A DNA stretch of 64,000 nucleotides from NCBI GenBank assembly GCA_046050465.1, contig JBJOPS010000036.1, positions 48,180-112,179 of the forward strand. Reading direction: 5' to 3'. Source of the stretch: Pseudomonadota bacterium (GTDB lineage: Bacteria; Pseudomonadota; Gammaproteobacteria; Burkholderiales; Burkholderiaceae_C). Each line of letters begins with the position of its first letter. The first letter of the stretch is position 1. This document shows, one piece after another, positions 52,978 through 62,691 of the stretch. The notes under the pieces were generated by a model that had not been told where the DNA came from, made no database searches, and saw only the letters and a program-made list of their open reading frames with translations. Position numbers and translations under genes: made by a program.

Positions 52978-53823
52978 ATGGTCTTGACTCCTCCTTCTGC
53001 CCTTGTTGAATTGCGCAACCTGACCTTCGGTTATGGCGACCGCGTCATTCTTGACGACATTTCGCTTTCAGTCCCGCGTGGCAAGGTCACGGCCTTAATG
53101 GGAGCATCCGGGGGGGGGAAGACAACCATTCTTCGCCTGATTGGGGGCCAAAATCGGGCGCAATCAGGACAACTGTTATTTGATGGCGGTGATGTGACAG
53201 TCATGGGGCAAACCGAGCTGTATGCGGCCCGTCGTCGCATGGGCATGCTGTTCCAGTTTGGAGCGCTATTTGCCGACCTGAGTGTTTTTGAGAATGTTGC
53301 TTTTCCGTTACGGGAGCACACGGACTTGCCCGACGCATTGATCCGCGACATTGTGCTCATGAAACTCAATGCAGTGGGTTTGCGTGGTGCGCGTGACCTG
53401 ATGCCCAGCGAGGTGTCTGGCGGCATGGCTCGGCGCATCGCTTTGGCGCGCGCCATTGCATTGGATCCGGAATTGGTGATGTATGACGAACCCTTTTCCG
53501 GGCTCGACCCCATTTCGCTGGGCACTGCGGCACGTTTGATTCGTGAACTCAACGACGCCATGGGGTTGACCAGTATTTTCGTGTCACATGAGTTGGAGCA
53601 AACCTTCAGCATTGCAGACCATGTGATCATTTTGGCAAACGGGAAAATTGCAGCGCAAGGCACTCCCGAGGAAGTGCGCACCAGTACCGATCCGCTGGTT
53701 TATCAATATGTCCATGCGTTGTCGGATGGCCCCGTCCGCTTTCACTATCCTGGTCCTGCTGTTCAGGAAGATTTCAGTATGGGACTGCAATCGAACCATG
53801 AGTCTTCCGGAGTAGCACCGTGA
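52978..53823 (+). CDS. mlaF: phospholipid ABC transporter ATP-binding protein MlaF
   Basis: Walker A GASGGGKTT, signature VSGGMARR, Walker B LVMYDEP. ATG 52978; the ORF track gives TTG 52969. Confidence 0.88.
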   Translation: MVLTPPSALVELRNLTFGYGDRVILDDISLSVPRGKVTALMGASGGGKTTILRLIGGQNRAQSGQLLFDGGDVTVMGQTELYAARRRMGMLFQFGALFADLSVFENVAFPLREHTDLPDALIRDIVLMKLNAVGLRGARDLMPSEVSGGMARRIALARAIALDPELVMYDEPFSGLDPISLGTAARLIRELNDAMGLTSIFVSHELEQTFSIADHVIILANGKIAAQGTPEEVRTSTDPLVYQYVHALSDGPVRFHYPGPAVQEDFSMGLQSNHESSGVAP

Positions 53824-54602
53824 GTTGGTACAACCCCTCAGATGTTGGTTTTGCAGCGCGCAGCAAACTGGCTGACCTCGGTCACGGGGCGCGTTTGTTC
53901 TTCAAACTGATTGCCATGATGGTGCCAACATTCAGGCGCTTTGGTCTGGTGCGGGACCAGATTCATTTTCTGGGCAACTACTCGCTGGCCATCATTGCGG
54001 TGTCGGGTTTATTTGTCGGCTTTGTATTTGGTCTGCAGGGCTACTACACACTGCAGCGATATGGGTCATCTTCGGCCTTGGGTCTTTTGGTAACGCTTAC
54101 CCTGGTCAGGGAGCTGGGACCCGTTGTTACTGCACTGCTATTTGCCGGTCGGGCCGGTACTTCGCTTACAGCCGAAATCGGGCTGATGAAAGCGGGTGAA
54201 CAAATCAGCGTCATGGAGATGATGGCTGTCGATCCAGTGCAGCGGATTCTGGCGCCACGGTTTTGGGCTGGCGTCATCACCATGCCCCTGCTGGCCGCTG
54301 TATTCAGTGCAACTGGCATCATCGGCGGCTGGGTGGTGGGTGTGCTCATGATTGGTGTTGACGGAGGTTCGTTCTGGAGCCAGATTCAGGCCGGCGTGGA
54401 TGTTTGGAAAGACGTGGGCAACGGGATTCTCAAGAGCATTGTTTTTGGATTTACGGTGACCTTTATTGCCCTGCTTCAGGGGTTTGATGCGCAACCCACG
54501 CCGGAGGGCGTGGCCAGTGCCACTACCCGAACCGTGGTGGTGGCGTCGTTGTCGGTTCTTGGTCTGGACTTCATCCTGACTGCCATGATGTTTACGATTT
54601 AG
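53820..54602 (+). CDS. mlaE: phospholipid ABC transporter permease MlaE
   Basis: 260-aa multi-TM protein with RELGPVVTALLFAGRAGTSLTAEIGLMK. Confidence 0.88.
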   Translation: MSWYNPSDVGFAARSKLADLGHGARLFFKLIAMMVPTFRRFGLVRDQIHFLGNYSLAIIAVSGLFVGFVFGLQGYYTLQRYGSSSALGLLVTLTLVRELGPVVTALLFAGRAGTSLTAEIGLMKAGEQISVMEMMAVDPVQRILAPRFWAGVITMPLLAAVFSATGIIGGWVVGVLMIGVDGGSFWSQIQAGVDVWKDVGNGILKSIVFGFTVTFIALLQGFDAQPTPEGVASATTRTVVVASLSVLGLDFILTAMMFTI

Positions 54603-54611
54603 GAGAGTGGG

Positions 54612-55100
54612 ATGCAACGCTCAAAAAATGATGTCTGGGTGGGGCTTTTTGTCCTGATTGGGGCCGCTGCCATTTTGTTTCTGGCGCTCCAGTCGGCCAA
54701 TCTGCTGTCCTTGAGTTTTCAGTCAACCTATCGGGTCAGTGCGAAATTTGACAATGTCGGTGGACTTAAACCCAAAGCGGCCGTTCGCAGCGGTGGTGTC
54801 GTCGTCGGTCGTGTGGAATCGATCACGTTTGATGACAAGTCCTTTCAGGCCAAAGTGGCATTGATGCTGGAGAAACAGTATTCTTTTCCAAAAGACAGTT
54901 CACTGAAGATTTTGACCAGCGGATTGCTGGGTGAGCAATACATCGGCATTGAAGCTGGCTCAGATGACAAGACGCTGGTTGCCGATGACACGATAGGTAC
55001 AACCCAGTCAGCGGTCGTGCTGGAAAATCTGATCAGTCAGTTCCTGTTTAACAAGGCGGCAGATGGTGGTAGTGCGCCAGCGAATGGAGTCAAAAAGTGA
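54612..55100 (+). CDS. mlaD: MCE-domain protein MlaD
   Basis: 162 aa with an N-terminal TM segment plus an MCE domain (GLKPKAAVRSGGVVVGRV). Confidence 0.85.
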   Translation: MQRSKNDVWVGLFVLIGAAAILFLALQSANLLSLSFQSTYRVSAKFDNVGGLKPKAAVRSGGVVVGRVESITFDDKSFQAKVALMLEKQYSFPKDSSLKILTSGLLGEQYIGIEAGSDDKTLVADDTIGTTQSAVVLENLISQFLFNKAADGGSAPANGVKK

Positions 55101-55852
55101 ATAAGGTTATCGGGTGGCAATTTGCTATAAAAAAAATAGCTGAACGTGCCTGCCTGCTGACGGGCATTCTGGGCATTGCCCTTTTGACGGGCTGCGCCAC
55201 AGGTCCCAACGCGAACCCCAGGGATCCTTGGGAGCCCTACAACCGCAACATGACCAAATTCAACGAGGCGGTGGATGGCGCTGTTTTGAAGCCCGCCGCA
55301 ACGGCCTACAAAACCGTAACGCCCGCCGTGGTTCGCACAGGTCTGAGTAATTTCTTTGGCAACTTGACACAGCTGTGGACGGCCTTGAATGGCGCGTTGC
55401 AGCTCAAGGGTGAGGTAGCTGCCGTCAGTCTCGTGCGCTTCAATGTCAATTTTTTCTTCGGCTTTGGCGGCGTGCTGGATCTAGCCAGTGAGATCCATCT
55501 TGAACGTTACAGAGAAGATTTTGGTCAAACACTGGGGCGCTGGGGTGTACCAACCGGTCCGTATTTTGTGTTGCCCATTTACGGACCATCCACATTGCGG
55601 GATGCGCTGGCCTTTGGTGTGGAGTCACAGGCAGATCTGGTTGGTCAATTGAACGATGGCACGGTTCGCGAGGCCTTGTATGTCCTGCGCGCACTGGAAT
55701 TGCGCGCCAATCTGTTGCGTGCTGGAGACGTGCTGGATGAAGCAGCACTGGATAAATACACGTTTGCGCGCGACGTGTTTTTGCAGCGCCGTGAGAGCCA
55801 GGTATTTGATGGGCTTGAGCGTGAGTCCAAAGATGAACCGGTTGATCAATAG
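55097..55852 (+). CDS. mlaA: outer-membrane lipoprotein MlaA/VacJ
   Basis: 251 aa with lipobox LLTGC and the PWEPYNR...FN motif. GTG start overlapping the mlaD stop. Confidence 0.8.
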   Translation: MNKVIGWQFAIKKIAERACLLTGILGIALLTGCATGPNANPRDPWEPYNRNMTKFNEAVDGAVLKPAATAYKTVTPAVVRTGLSNFFGNLTQLWTALNGALQLKGEVAAVSLVRFNVNFFFGFGGVLDLASEIHLERYREDFGQTLGRWGVPTGPYFVLPIYGPSTLRDALAFGVESQADLVGQLNDGTVREALYVLRALELRANLLRAGDVLDEAALDKYTFARDVFLQRRESQVFDGLERESKDEPVDQ

Positions 55853-55936
55853 AGCCAGGGTAAATGAATGGTCAGCGTCACCCGGCCCTGGCGCGTTATG
55901 GAACTGCGGATTGATCCGCTTACTGGGGTTACATAC

Positions 55937-56578
55937 ATGAAACGTCGATTTTTCGGAAAACTAGGCACCAGTTTGTTGACTGGCCTCGCCTTGGCAGGCG
56001 CCTGTATGGCGCAGACTGGAGACGAGGCACCCGAGACGCTTGTCAAACGCCTGTCAACAGACGTGCTGGAGTCCATCAGGGCCGACAAGAGCATTCAGAC
56101 AGGAGACACCGCCAAGGTGGTGACTCTGGTCGAAACCAAAATCATGCCAAACGTCAATTTTGAACGCATGACTTCATCGGCGGTCGGCCCTGGCTGGCGG
56201 CAGGCAACGCCTGAGCAGAAAAAACGGCTACAGGAAGAATTCAAGATTCTGCTTGTGCGAACCTATGCCGGTGCGCTGGCGCAAGTGAATGACCAGACCA
56301 TTTCTGTCAAACCTTTGCGAGCGGCCCCTGACGACAAGGAAGTCGTTGTCAAGACGGAGATCAAAGGCCGTGGCGAGCCCATACAGCTGGATTACCGGCT
56401 GGAGAAAACGCCTGGGCAAGGCGCAGGCTGGAAGATCTACAACCTGAACGTGCTGGGTGTCTGGCTGGTCGAAACTTACCGCAGCCAATTTGCACAGGAG
56501 ATCAATGCCAAAGGTCTCGATGGCTTGATTGCGTCGTTGACCGAGCGCAACAAGACCAACGCAAAAAAGGTTTCCTGA
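55937..56578 (+). CDS. mlaC: periplasmic phospholipid-binding protein MlaC (Tol/Ttg2D family)
   Basis: Start at the ATG giving MKRRFFGKLGTSLLTGLALAGACMAQ (signal peptide). The ORF track gives 55868. Confidence 0.8.
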   Translation: MKRRFFGKLGTSLLTGLALAGACMAQTGDEAPETLVKRLSTDVLESIRADKSIQTGDTAKVVTLVETKIMPNVNFERMTSSAVGPGWRQATPEQKKRLQEEFKILLVRTYAGALAQVNDQTISVKPLRAAPDDKEVVVKTEIKGRGEPIQLDYRLEKTPGQGAGWKIYNLNVLGVWLVETYRSQFAQEINAKGLDGLIASLTERNKTNAKKVS

Positions 56579-56847
56579 TGCTTGTTTTGCCCTCCGAGCT
56601 GACGCATGCGCAGGCCAATGCGTGCCTGCAGATGCTGGTTCAAGGGCTAAAGTCGCAATCTGGTTCCGCCGTTGTGGTGGATGGAGCAGGATTGCAGCGT
56701 TTTGACTCTTCCGCGCTGGCCGTATTGCTGGAGTTGCGTCGGGAATGTCTCGGACATGGCCGAAGTCTGTCGATCAGCGCGATGCCCGCGCGGTTGCGCG
56801 ATCTGGCCGGTTTGTACGGTATTGGTGAACTGCTCCCGGCAGTTTGA
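56578..56847 (+). CDS. mlaB: STAS-domain protein MlaB
   Basis: 89-aa STAS-like protein (VVDGAGLQRFDSSALAVLLELRR). Last gene of the mla operon. Confidence 0.7.
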   Translation: MLVLPSELTHAQANACLQMLVQGLKSQSGSAVVVDGAGLQRFDSSALAVLLELRRECLGHGRSLSISAMPARLRDLAGLYGIGELLPAV

Positions 56848-56876
56848 CTGCTGTCAGCTTAAAATAGCAGGCTCTC

Positions 56877-57827
56877 ATGCCTGCTATCTCATTCCAGTCT
56901 GTCTCCAAAGCCTATCCCTCACCTCGCGGCCCAAAAGGCGCTACCTTTCTGGCGCTTGATCGCGTAAGTCTGGACATTGAGGAGGGCGAGTTTTTCGGTC
57001 TTTTGGGTCCTAACGGGGCTGGCAAGACCACCATGATCAGTATTTTGGCTGGCCTCACCCGTGCCAATGCTGGGCAGGTACGCGTGCTTGGCCATGACGT
57101 CCAGGCTGATTACGCGCAGGCCCGCCGTAGTCTGGGTGTAGTCCCGCAAGAGCTGGTGTTCGATCCTTTCTTCAATGTCCGTGAAGCCCTGCGCATCCAG
57201 TCAGGCTACTTTGGTATGAAGAACAATGACGCCTGGATAGATGAGTTGCTCGAAAGCCTGGGTCTTGCCGACAAAGCCGATGCCAATATGCGCCAGCTGT
57301 CGGGTGGTATGAAACGCCGGGTATTGGTTGCCCAGGCCCTGGTACATAAACCGCCGGTGATCGTGCTGGACGAACCTACTGCTGGCGTTGACGTCGAGTT
57401 ACGCCAGACGCTGTGGCAATTCATTGCAAAGCTCAACAAACAAGGCCACACGGTCCTGCTGACCACGCATTACCTGGAAGAGGCGGAAGCCCTGTGCGGC
57501 CGTATCGCCATGCTCAAGTCGGGCCGTATTGTGGCACTTGACCATACCAGTGAATTGCTGAAGGCTGCTTCCAGCAATGTGCTTCGATTCAAAGTTGATA
57601 GCGAACTTCCAAAGGTACTGGCCGACAAGGCACGTATTACCGGCAGAATCGTGCAGTTTCCCGCCAACGATGCGCTGGCGATTGAACAGTACCTGGCAGC
57701 TGTGCGGGAAGCGGGTCTGGTTGCGCACGATGTCGAGATCCGCAAGGCTGATCTTGAGGATGTATTTCTGGACGTGATGAACAAAGGACATCAGTCGGCG
57801 GCCGCATTGGAGGTCCAACCATCATGA
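56877..57827 (+). CDS. ABC-2 type transporter ATP-binding protein
   Basis: 316 aa with GPNGAGKTT, LSGGMKRR and IVLDEPTAG. Confidence 0.85.
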   Translation: MPAISFQSVSKAYPSPRGPKGATFLALDRVSLDIEEGEFFGLLGPNGAGKTTMISILAGLTRANAGQVRVLGHDVQADYAQARRSLGVVPQELVFDPFFNVREALRIQSGYFGMKNNDAWIDELLESLGLADKADANMRQLSGGMKRRVLVAQALVHKPPVIVLDEPTAGVDVELRQTLWQFIAKLNKQGHTVLLTTHYLEEAEALCGRIAMLKSGRIVALDHTSELLKAASSNVLRFKVDSELPKVLADKARITGRIVQFPANDALAIEQYLAAVREAGLVAHDVEIRKADLEDVFLDVMNKGHQSAAALEVQPS

Positions 57828-58579
57828 ACGGCTGGCAAACCCTGTTGTACAAGGAAGTTTTGCGTTTCTGGAAAGTGGCTTTTCAGACGGTGGCAGGCCC
57901 GGTATTGACTGCCATGCTCTATCTGCTGATCTTCGGGCATGCGCTGGAGTCACACGTCAAGGTTTATGACACCGTGAGCTACACCGCATTTCTGGTGCCG
58001 GGACTTGCCATGATGAGCCTGCTGCAAAATGCATTTGCCAACAGCTCGTCTTCATTGATCATGAGCAAGGTGATGGGCAATCTGGTGTTTTTGCTTCTCA
58101 CGCCCTTGTCCTATATGAACTGGTTTGTCGCCTATGTCGGCGCTTCCATTATTCGCGGCCTGGTTGTGGGTGTTGGTGTGTTTGCTGTATCCGCGCTGTT
58201 CACGGACATCAGTTTTGTTGCACCGTTGTGGATTCTGGTGTTTGCCGTGATGGGCGCAGCTTTGATGGGAACATTGGGCCTGATCGCCGGCTTGTGGGCT
58301 GAAAAATTTGACCAGCTTGCAGCATTCCAGAACTTTGTCGTCATGCCCATGACGTTTCTCAGCGGCGTTTTTTATTCCATCCATTCACTGCCAGCGTTCT
58401 GGCAGGGTGTGAGTCATCTCAATCCTTTTTTCTACATGATTGACGGGTTTCGCTACGGATTTTTCGGCGCCAGCGATGTATCGCCCTGGGTGAGTCTGGG
58501 CGTAGTGGGTTTTGTGCTGGCCACAGTGAGCGGGATCGCGATATACCTGCTCCGCACAGGTTACAAAATCCGCGGTTAA
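57824..58579 (+). CDS. ABC-2 type transporter permease
   Basis: 251 aa with six TM segments. ATGA overlap with the ATPase gene. Confidence 0.85.
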   Translation: MNGWQTLLYKEVLRFWKVAFQTVAGPVLTAMLYLLIFGHALESHVKVYDTVSYTAFLVPGLAMMSLLQNAFANSSSSLIMSKVMGNLVFLLLTPLSYMNWFVAYVGASIIRGLVVGVGVFAVSALFTDISFVAPLWILVFAVMGAALMGTLGLIAGLWAEKFDQLAAFQNFVVMPMTFLSGVFYSIHSLPAFWQGVSHLNPFFYMIDGFRYGFFGASDVSPWVSLGVVGFVLATVSGIAIYLLRTGYKIRG

Positions 58580-58599
58580 TTAACCGGTAAGAATCCTTT

Positions 58600-58842
58600 A
58601 TGACAGCCGACGAACTGAAATCCATCATCCAGACGGGCTTGAACTGCCAATACTGTGAACTGGAAGGTGACGGTAGACATTGGTACGCCACCATTGTTTC
58701 TGCAGAGTTTGAAGGTAAGCGCCCGATTGCCCGGCACCAGCGTGTTTACGCTACGCTCGGTGCGAAAATGCATACGGACGAGGTGCATGCCCTGTCCATG
58801 AAAACCTTCACACCCGCCGAGTGGGCATCTCGTGAAAACTAG
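58600..58842 (+). CDS. ibaG: BolA family protein IbaG-like
   Basis: 80-aa BolA fold (H...HALS). Sits immediately upstream of murA, as does E. coli ibaG. Confidence 0.8.
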   Translation: MTADELKSIIQTGLNCQYCELEGDGRHWYATIVSAEFEGKRPIARHQRVYATLGAKMHTDEVHALSMKTFTPAEWASREN

Positions 58843-58873
58843 TCGGGTTCATTGAACGGCATAAAGAGAACAT

Positions 58874-60142
58874 ATGGATAAGTTGTTGATTCGGGGTGGT
58901 CGCCAGCTGTCTGGTGAAGTTCAGATTTCAGGTGCCAAGAATGCGGCGCTGCCGGAAATGTGTGCTACGTTGCTCACCAGTGAGCCTGTTCATTTGCTGA
59001 ACGTGCCACGCCTGCAGGACGTGGCCACCATGCGCCGCCTCCTCGACAACATGGGTGTGAAGACCGAAACCCACGGCGAACGTGGCGGCATGTCGTTCCA
59101 CGCGGCTGACCCGATCAAACCCGAAGCGCCTTATGAACTGGTCAAGACCATGCGTGCTTCGGTGCTGGCATTGGGCCCCTTGCTGGCACGATTTGGCAAG
59201 GCCAAGGTGTCGCTGCCTGGCGGCTGCGCCATCGGCTCGCGGCCGGTGGATCAACACATCAAGGGCCTGTCGGCGATGGGCGCCGAAATTTCGGTGGAGC
59301 ATGGCTACATGAACGCCAGCCTGCCCAAAGGCTGGAGTCGCCTCAAGGGCGCCCGCATTACAACCGACATGGTGACGGTAACCGGCACCGAAAACTTCCT
59401 GATGGCCGCCACGCTGGCTGAAGGCGAAACCATTCTGGAGAATGCCGCACAGGAGCCCGAGATTCCCGATCTGGCAGAGATGCTGATCAAAATGGGCGCC
59501 AGAATTGAAGGCCACGGTACCAGTCGCATCCGCATTCAGGGCGTGGAGCGGCTCCATGGTGCGCAACACCAGGTGGTGGCGGATCGCATCGAAACGGGTA
59601 CTTTTTTGTGTGCGGTGGCTGCAGCAGGCGGAGACGTGTTGTTGCGCTCGGCCCGGGCGGACCATCTGGACGCAGTCATTGAAAAACTGATTGATGCGGG
59701 GGCAACGGTCACAGCGGTGGAAGGCGGCATTCGCGTGCAGTCGCAAGGTCGGCTCAAGGCGCAAAGCTTTCGTACGACTGAGTACCCGGGCTTCCCAACC
59801 GACATGCAGGCCCAGTTCATGGCCCTTAATGCCATATCGATTGGCACCAGCAAGGTTACAGAGACCATTTTCGAGAATCGTTTCATGCACGTGAACGAGA
59901 TGGTGCGTCTGGGGGCGAACATTCAGATTGATGGCAAGGTGGCAGTGATTGAAGGCGTGAAACAACTCTCCGGGGCCACCGTGATGGCCACCGACCTGCG
60001 CGCATCAGCCAGTCTGGTGATTGCGGGTCTTGTGGCCGATGGCGAAACGCTGGTGGACCGCATCTACCACCTGGATCGCGGATACGACCAGATGGAAGCC
60101 AAGCTGCGTGGCATCGGCGCCGATATCGAGAGGGTGAAATGA
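58874..60142 (+). CDS. murA: UDP-N-acetylglucosamine 1-carboxyvinyltransferase
   Basis: 422 aa with [10 protein letters not shown] and [16 protein letters not shown] (active-site Cys). Confidence 0.95.
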   Translation: MDKLLIRGGRQLSGEVQISGAKNAALPEMCATLLTSEPVHLLNVPRLQDVATMRRLLDNMGVKTETHGERGGMSFHAADPIKPEAPYELVKTMRASVLALGPLLARFGKAKVSLPGGCAIGSRPVDQHIKGLSAMGAEISVEHGYMNASLPKGWSRLKGARITTDMVTVTGTENFLMAATLAEGETILENAAQEPEIPDLAEMLIKMGARIEGHGTSRIRIQGVERLHGAQHQVVADRIETGTFLCAVAAAGGDVLLRSARADHLDAVIEKLIDAGATVTAVEGGIRVQSQGRLKAQSFRTTEYPGFPTDMQAQFMALNAISIGTSKVTETIFENRFMHVNEMVRLGANIQIDGKVAVIEGVKQLSGATVMATDLRASASLVIAGLVADGETLVDRIYHLDRGYDQMEAKLRGIGADIERVK

Positions 60143-60786
60143 TCACGCTCGCCCTGTCAAAGGGCCGCATTTTTGACGACACCTTGCCCCTGCTCAAGGC
60201 CGCAGGCATCGAGGTGCTGGAAGACCCCGAAAAATCCCGCAAACTCATTCTCACCACCAACCAGCCCGATGTACGGGTGCTGGTGGTGCGAGCAACCGAC
60301 GTGCCAACCTATGTGCAATACGGCGGTGCAGACCTGGGCATCACCGGCAAAGACACCCTGCTGGAGCATGGTAGCGAGGGGCTCTACCAGCCGCTGGACC
60401 TGCAAATCGCCAAGTGCCGAATCAGCGTGGCGGTGCGCGCAGATTTTGACTATGCATCCGCCGTCAAGCAGGGTTCACGGCTGACAGTGGCAACCAAATA
60501 CGTGGCTATCGCCCGCGAGTTTTTCGCGGCCAAGGGCGTGCACGTGGACCTGATAAAGCTCTACGGCAGCATGGAACTCGCGCCGCTCACCGGTTTGGCG
60601 GACGCGATTGTCGATCTGGTCTCCACCGGCAATACGCTCAAGGCCAACCATCTGGTGGAGGTGGAGCACATCATGGACATCAGCTCCCGGCTGGTGGTGA
60701 ACCAGGCTGCGCTCAAGCTCAAGCAGGGACCGATTCGCAAAATCATCGATGCGTTTTCGGCAGCGGTGAAGCTGGCTAATCCCTGA
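60139..60786 (+). CDS. hisG: ATP phosphoribosyltransferase (short form)
   Basis: 215 aa with LALSKGRI...[19 protein letters not shown]. Confidence 0.92.
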   Translation: MITLALSKGRIFDDTLPLLKAAGIEVLEDPEKSRKLILTTNQPDVRVLVVRATDVPTYVQYGGADLGITGKDTLLEHGSEGLYQPLDLQIAKCRISVAVRADFDYASAVKQGSRLTVATKYVAIAREFFAAKGVHVDLIKLYGSMELAPLTGLADAIVDLVSTGNTLKANHLVEVEHIMDISSRLVVNQAALKLKQGPIRKIIDAFSAAVKLANP

Positions 60787-60801
60787 TATTCTTTTAAAGT
60801 C

Positions 60802-60855
60802 GCTATGAATTTGGTAGCTTCTCCCGCATATCTGTCAACGGCTGACAGCCAGTTT
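60802..60855 (+). repeat. 55-nt interspersed repeat, copy 8 (tail diverged)
   Basis: GCTATgaatttggTAGCTtctcccgcATATCtgtcaacGGCTgacaGCCagttt, at the hisG-hisD junction. Confidence 0.65.
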
Positions 60856-62151
60856 GATGCCAAATTCAAGACACGACTGCATTGGTCGGCCGATGCCGAT
60901 GCGGCCATTGAACAGCGCGTGGCTGACATCCTGGCGGACGTGCAGCAGCGGGGCGATGCCGCCGTGCTGGAATACACCAACCGGTTTGATGGCCTTGTAG
61001 CCACCGCCATGACCGAGCTGGAATTGACGCAGGCTGAATTGAAAGCGGCGTTTGAGTCCATTCCCGCCGCCCAGCGTGATGCGCTGCAAGCCGCAGCCAG
61101 CCGGGTACGCACTTATCACGAGGCACAAAAGAAGGCTTGTGGCGAAAGCTGGAGCTACCGCGACGAAGACGGCACGCTGCTGGGCCAGAAGGTCACGCCG
61201 CTGGACCGCGTGGGTATTTATGTGCCCGGCGGCAAGGCCGCGTATCCCTCGTCCGTGCTGATGAATGCCATCCCCGCGCACGTGGCGGGTGTGGGCGAAA
61301 TCATCATGGTGGTCCCTACGCCAGCTCGCCAAGATGGCACCTCACCCGGTGCCAAGGGCGAGAAAAACGCGCTGGTGCTGGCCGCAGCCTATGTGGCAGG
61401 CGTCACACGTGCCTTCACCGTGGGCGGTGCGCAGGCTGTTGCCGCGCTGGCCTACGGCACGGCCACCATTCCTACAGTGGACAAGATCACCGGCCCCGGC
61501 AATGCCTACGTGGCTGCCGCAAAACGGCGGGTATTTGGCACCGTGGGAATCGACATGATCGCCGGCCCGAGTGAAATTCTGGTTTTGGCTGATGGCAGCA
61601 CGCCAGCGGATTGGGTTGCGATGGACCTGTTCAGTCAGGCCGAGCACGACGAGCTGGCGCAAAGCATTTTGCTGTGCCCCGATGCGGCCTACATCGCCCA
61701 GGTGCAAGCTTCCATCGACCGTTTGCTCAACGACATGCCGCGCGCCGCCATCATCGCCAAAAGCCTGACGGACCGCGGCGCACTCATCCACACCCGCAGC
61801 ATGGAAGAGGCGTGCTCTTTATCAAACCGCATTGCCCCCGAGCACCTGGAGGTGAGCAGCCGCGACCCGTATCGCTGGGAGCCGCTGCTCAAACATGCGG
61901 GCGCCATCTTTCTGGGCGCCTACACCAGTGAGTCGCTGGGTGATTACTGCGCGGGCCCCAACCACGTGCTGCCCACCAGCGGCACTGCACGTTTCTCCAG
62001 CCCGCTGGGCGTTTATGACTTCCAGAAGCGCAGCAGTTTGATCGAGGTCAGCGAAGCAGGTGCGCAAAAGCTGGGAAAAATTGCCGCCGAGCTGGCCTAT
62101 GGCGAAGGCCTGCAAGCCCACGCGCGGGCGGCGGAAATGCGTTTGAAATAA
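60805..62151 (+). CDS. hisD: histidinol dehydrogenase
   Basis: 448 aa with [30 protein letters not shown] and SQAEHDE. The start codon lies in the loop of repeat copy 8. Confidence 0.93.
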   Translation: MNLVASPAYLSTADSQFDAKFKTRLHWSADADAAIEQRVADILADVQQRGDAAVLEYTNRFDGLVATAMTELELTQAELKAAFESIPAAQRDALQAAASRVRTYHEAQKKACGESWSYRDEDGTLLGQKVTPLDRVGIYVPGGKAAYPSSVLMNAIPAHVAGVGEIIMVVPTPARQDGTSPGAKGEKNALVLAAAYVAGVTRAFTVGGAQAVAALAYGTATIPTVDKITGPGNAYVAAAKRRVFGTVGIDMIAGPSEILVLADGSTPADWVAMDLFSQAEHDELAQSILLCPDAAYIAQVQASIDRLLNDMPRAAIIAKSLTDRGALIHTRSMEEACSLSNRIAPEHLEVSSRDPYRWEPLLKHAGAIFLGAYTSESLGDYCAGPNHVLPTSGTARFSSPLGVYDFQKRSSLIEVSEAGAQKLGKIAAELAYGEGLQAHARAAEMRLK

Positions 62152-62192
62152 CTGGAAAAGTAAGAATCGCCGCGCCAGGACGACCACTTCCC

Positions 62193-62585
62193 ATGCGTAC
62201 AACGAACTTCCCCGGCTTTTTGTCCACTCCCCGATACTGGCTGCGTGCGCTGTGCCTGCTGGCCATTGGAATTTCCGTCGTGCTGCCCGCTACAGCCATG
62301 AGCATCCGCGACCTGCGCGCGCTGGAGAAATCCGACAAAAAGCAGGGCGAAAACTACGTGCGCTACTACCTGGTCGGTGCGATGGAAGGCGCCTTGGAGG
62401 CCCACGCCCAGGGCGTGCGCAATGGTGCCAAACCCGCCATCTGCCTCAACGGCCGCAAGCTCGAGCCGCGCATGGCGCAGTCGATTTACACCACCGAACT
62501 GCAGCGCAATGCTGGCGTGTACGAAGCCGACATGCCCGTGCCCCTCGTGCTCACCAACGCGCTGGCGACGGTTTATCCTTGCTAG
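62193..62585 (+). CDS. secreted hypothetical protein, possibly Rap1a/Tai4-like fold
   Basis: 130 aa with a signal peptide (LCLLAIGISVVLPATA). Its mature part ends ...ICLNG....LVLTNALATVYPC, a pattern I associate with Rap1a-type immunity proteins. This is a weak assignment from memory. Confidence 0.5.
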   Translation: MRTTNFPGFLSTPRYWLRALCLLAIGISVVLPATAMSIRDLRALEKSDKKQGENYVRYYLVGAMEGALEAHAQGVRNGAKPAICLNGRKLEPRMAQSIYTTELQRNAGVYEADMPVPLVLTNALATVYPC

Positions 62586-62620
62586 CGCCAGCTTGGGGCG
62601 GTGCCAATTGCGCATAATTT

Positions 62621-62675
62621 GCTATCGATTCAATAGCTACTCGCACATATTTGGCGAAGGTCAGAGGCGCTTTTT
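62621..62675 (+). repeat. 55-nt interspersed repeat, copy 9
   Basis: GCTATcgattcaaTAGCTactcgcacATATTtggcgaaGGtCAgaGGCgcttttt, between the convergent hypothetical gene and mrr. It is flanked by a tail-like block (62594-62610) and a head-like GCTAT (62676-62680). Confidence 0.85.
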
Positions 62676-62691
62676 GCTATTAAATCCGCTG

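Noticed and set aside
55124-55141. GCTATaaaaaaaaTAGCT at the mlaA 5' end, a head-only match to the repeat.
   Set aside because: Only the head hairpin is present, and the following 35 nt show no core or tail similarity. I did not count it as a copy, although its reading register (FAIKKIAE) matches the other embedded copies.
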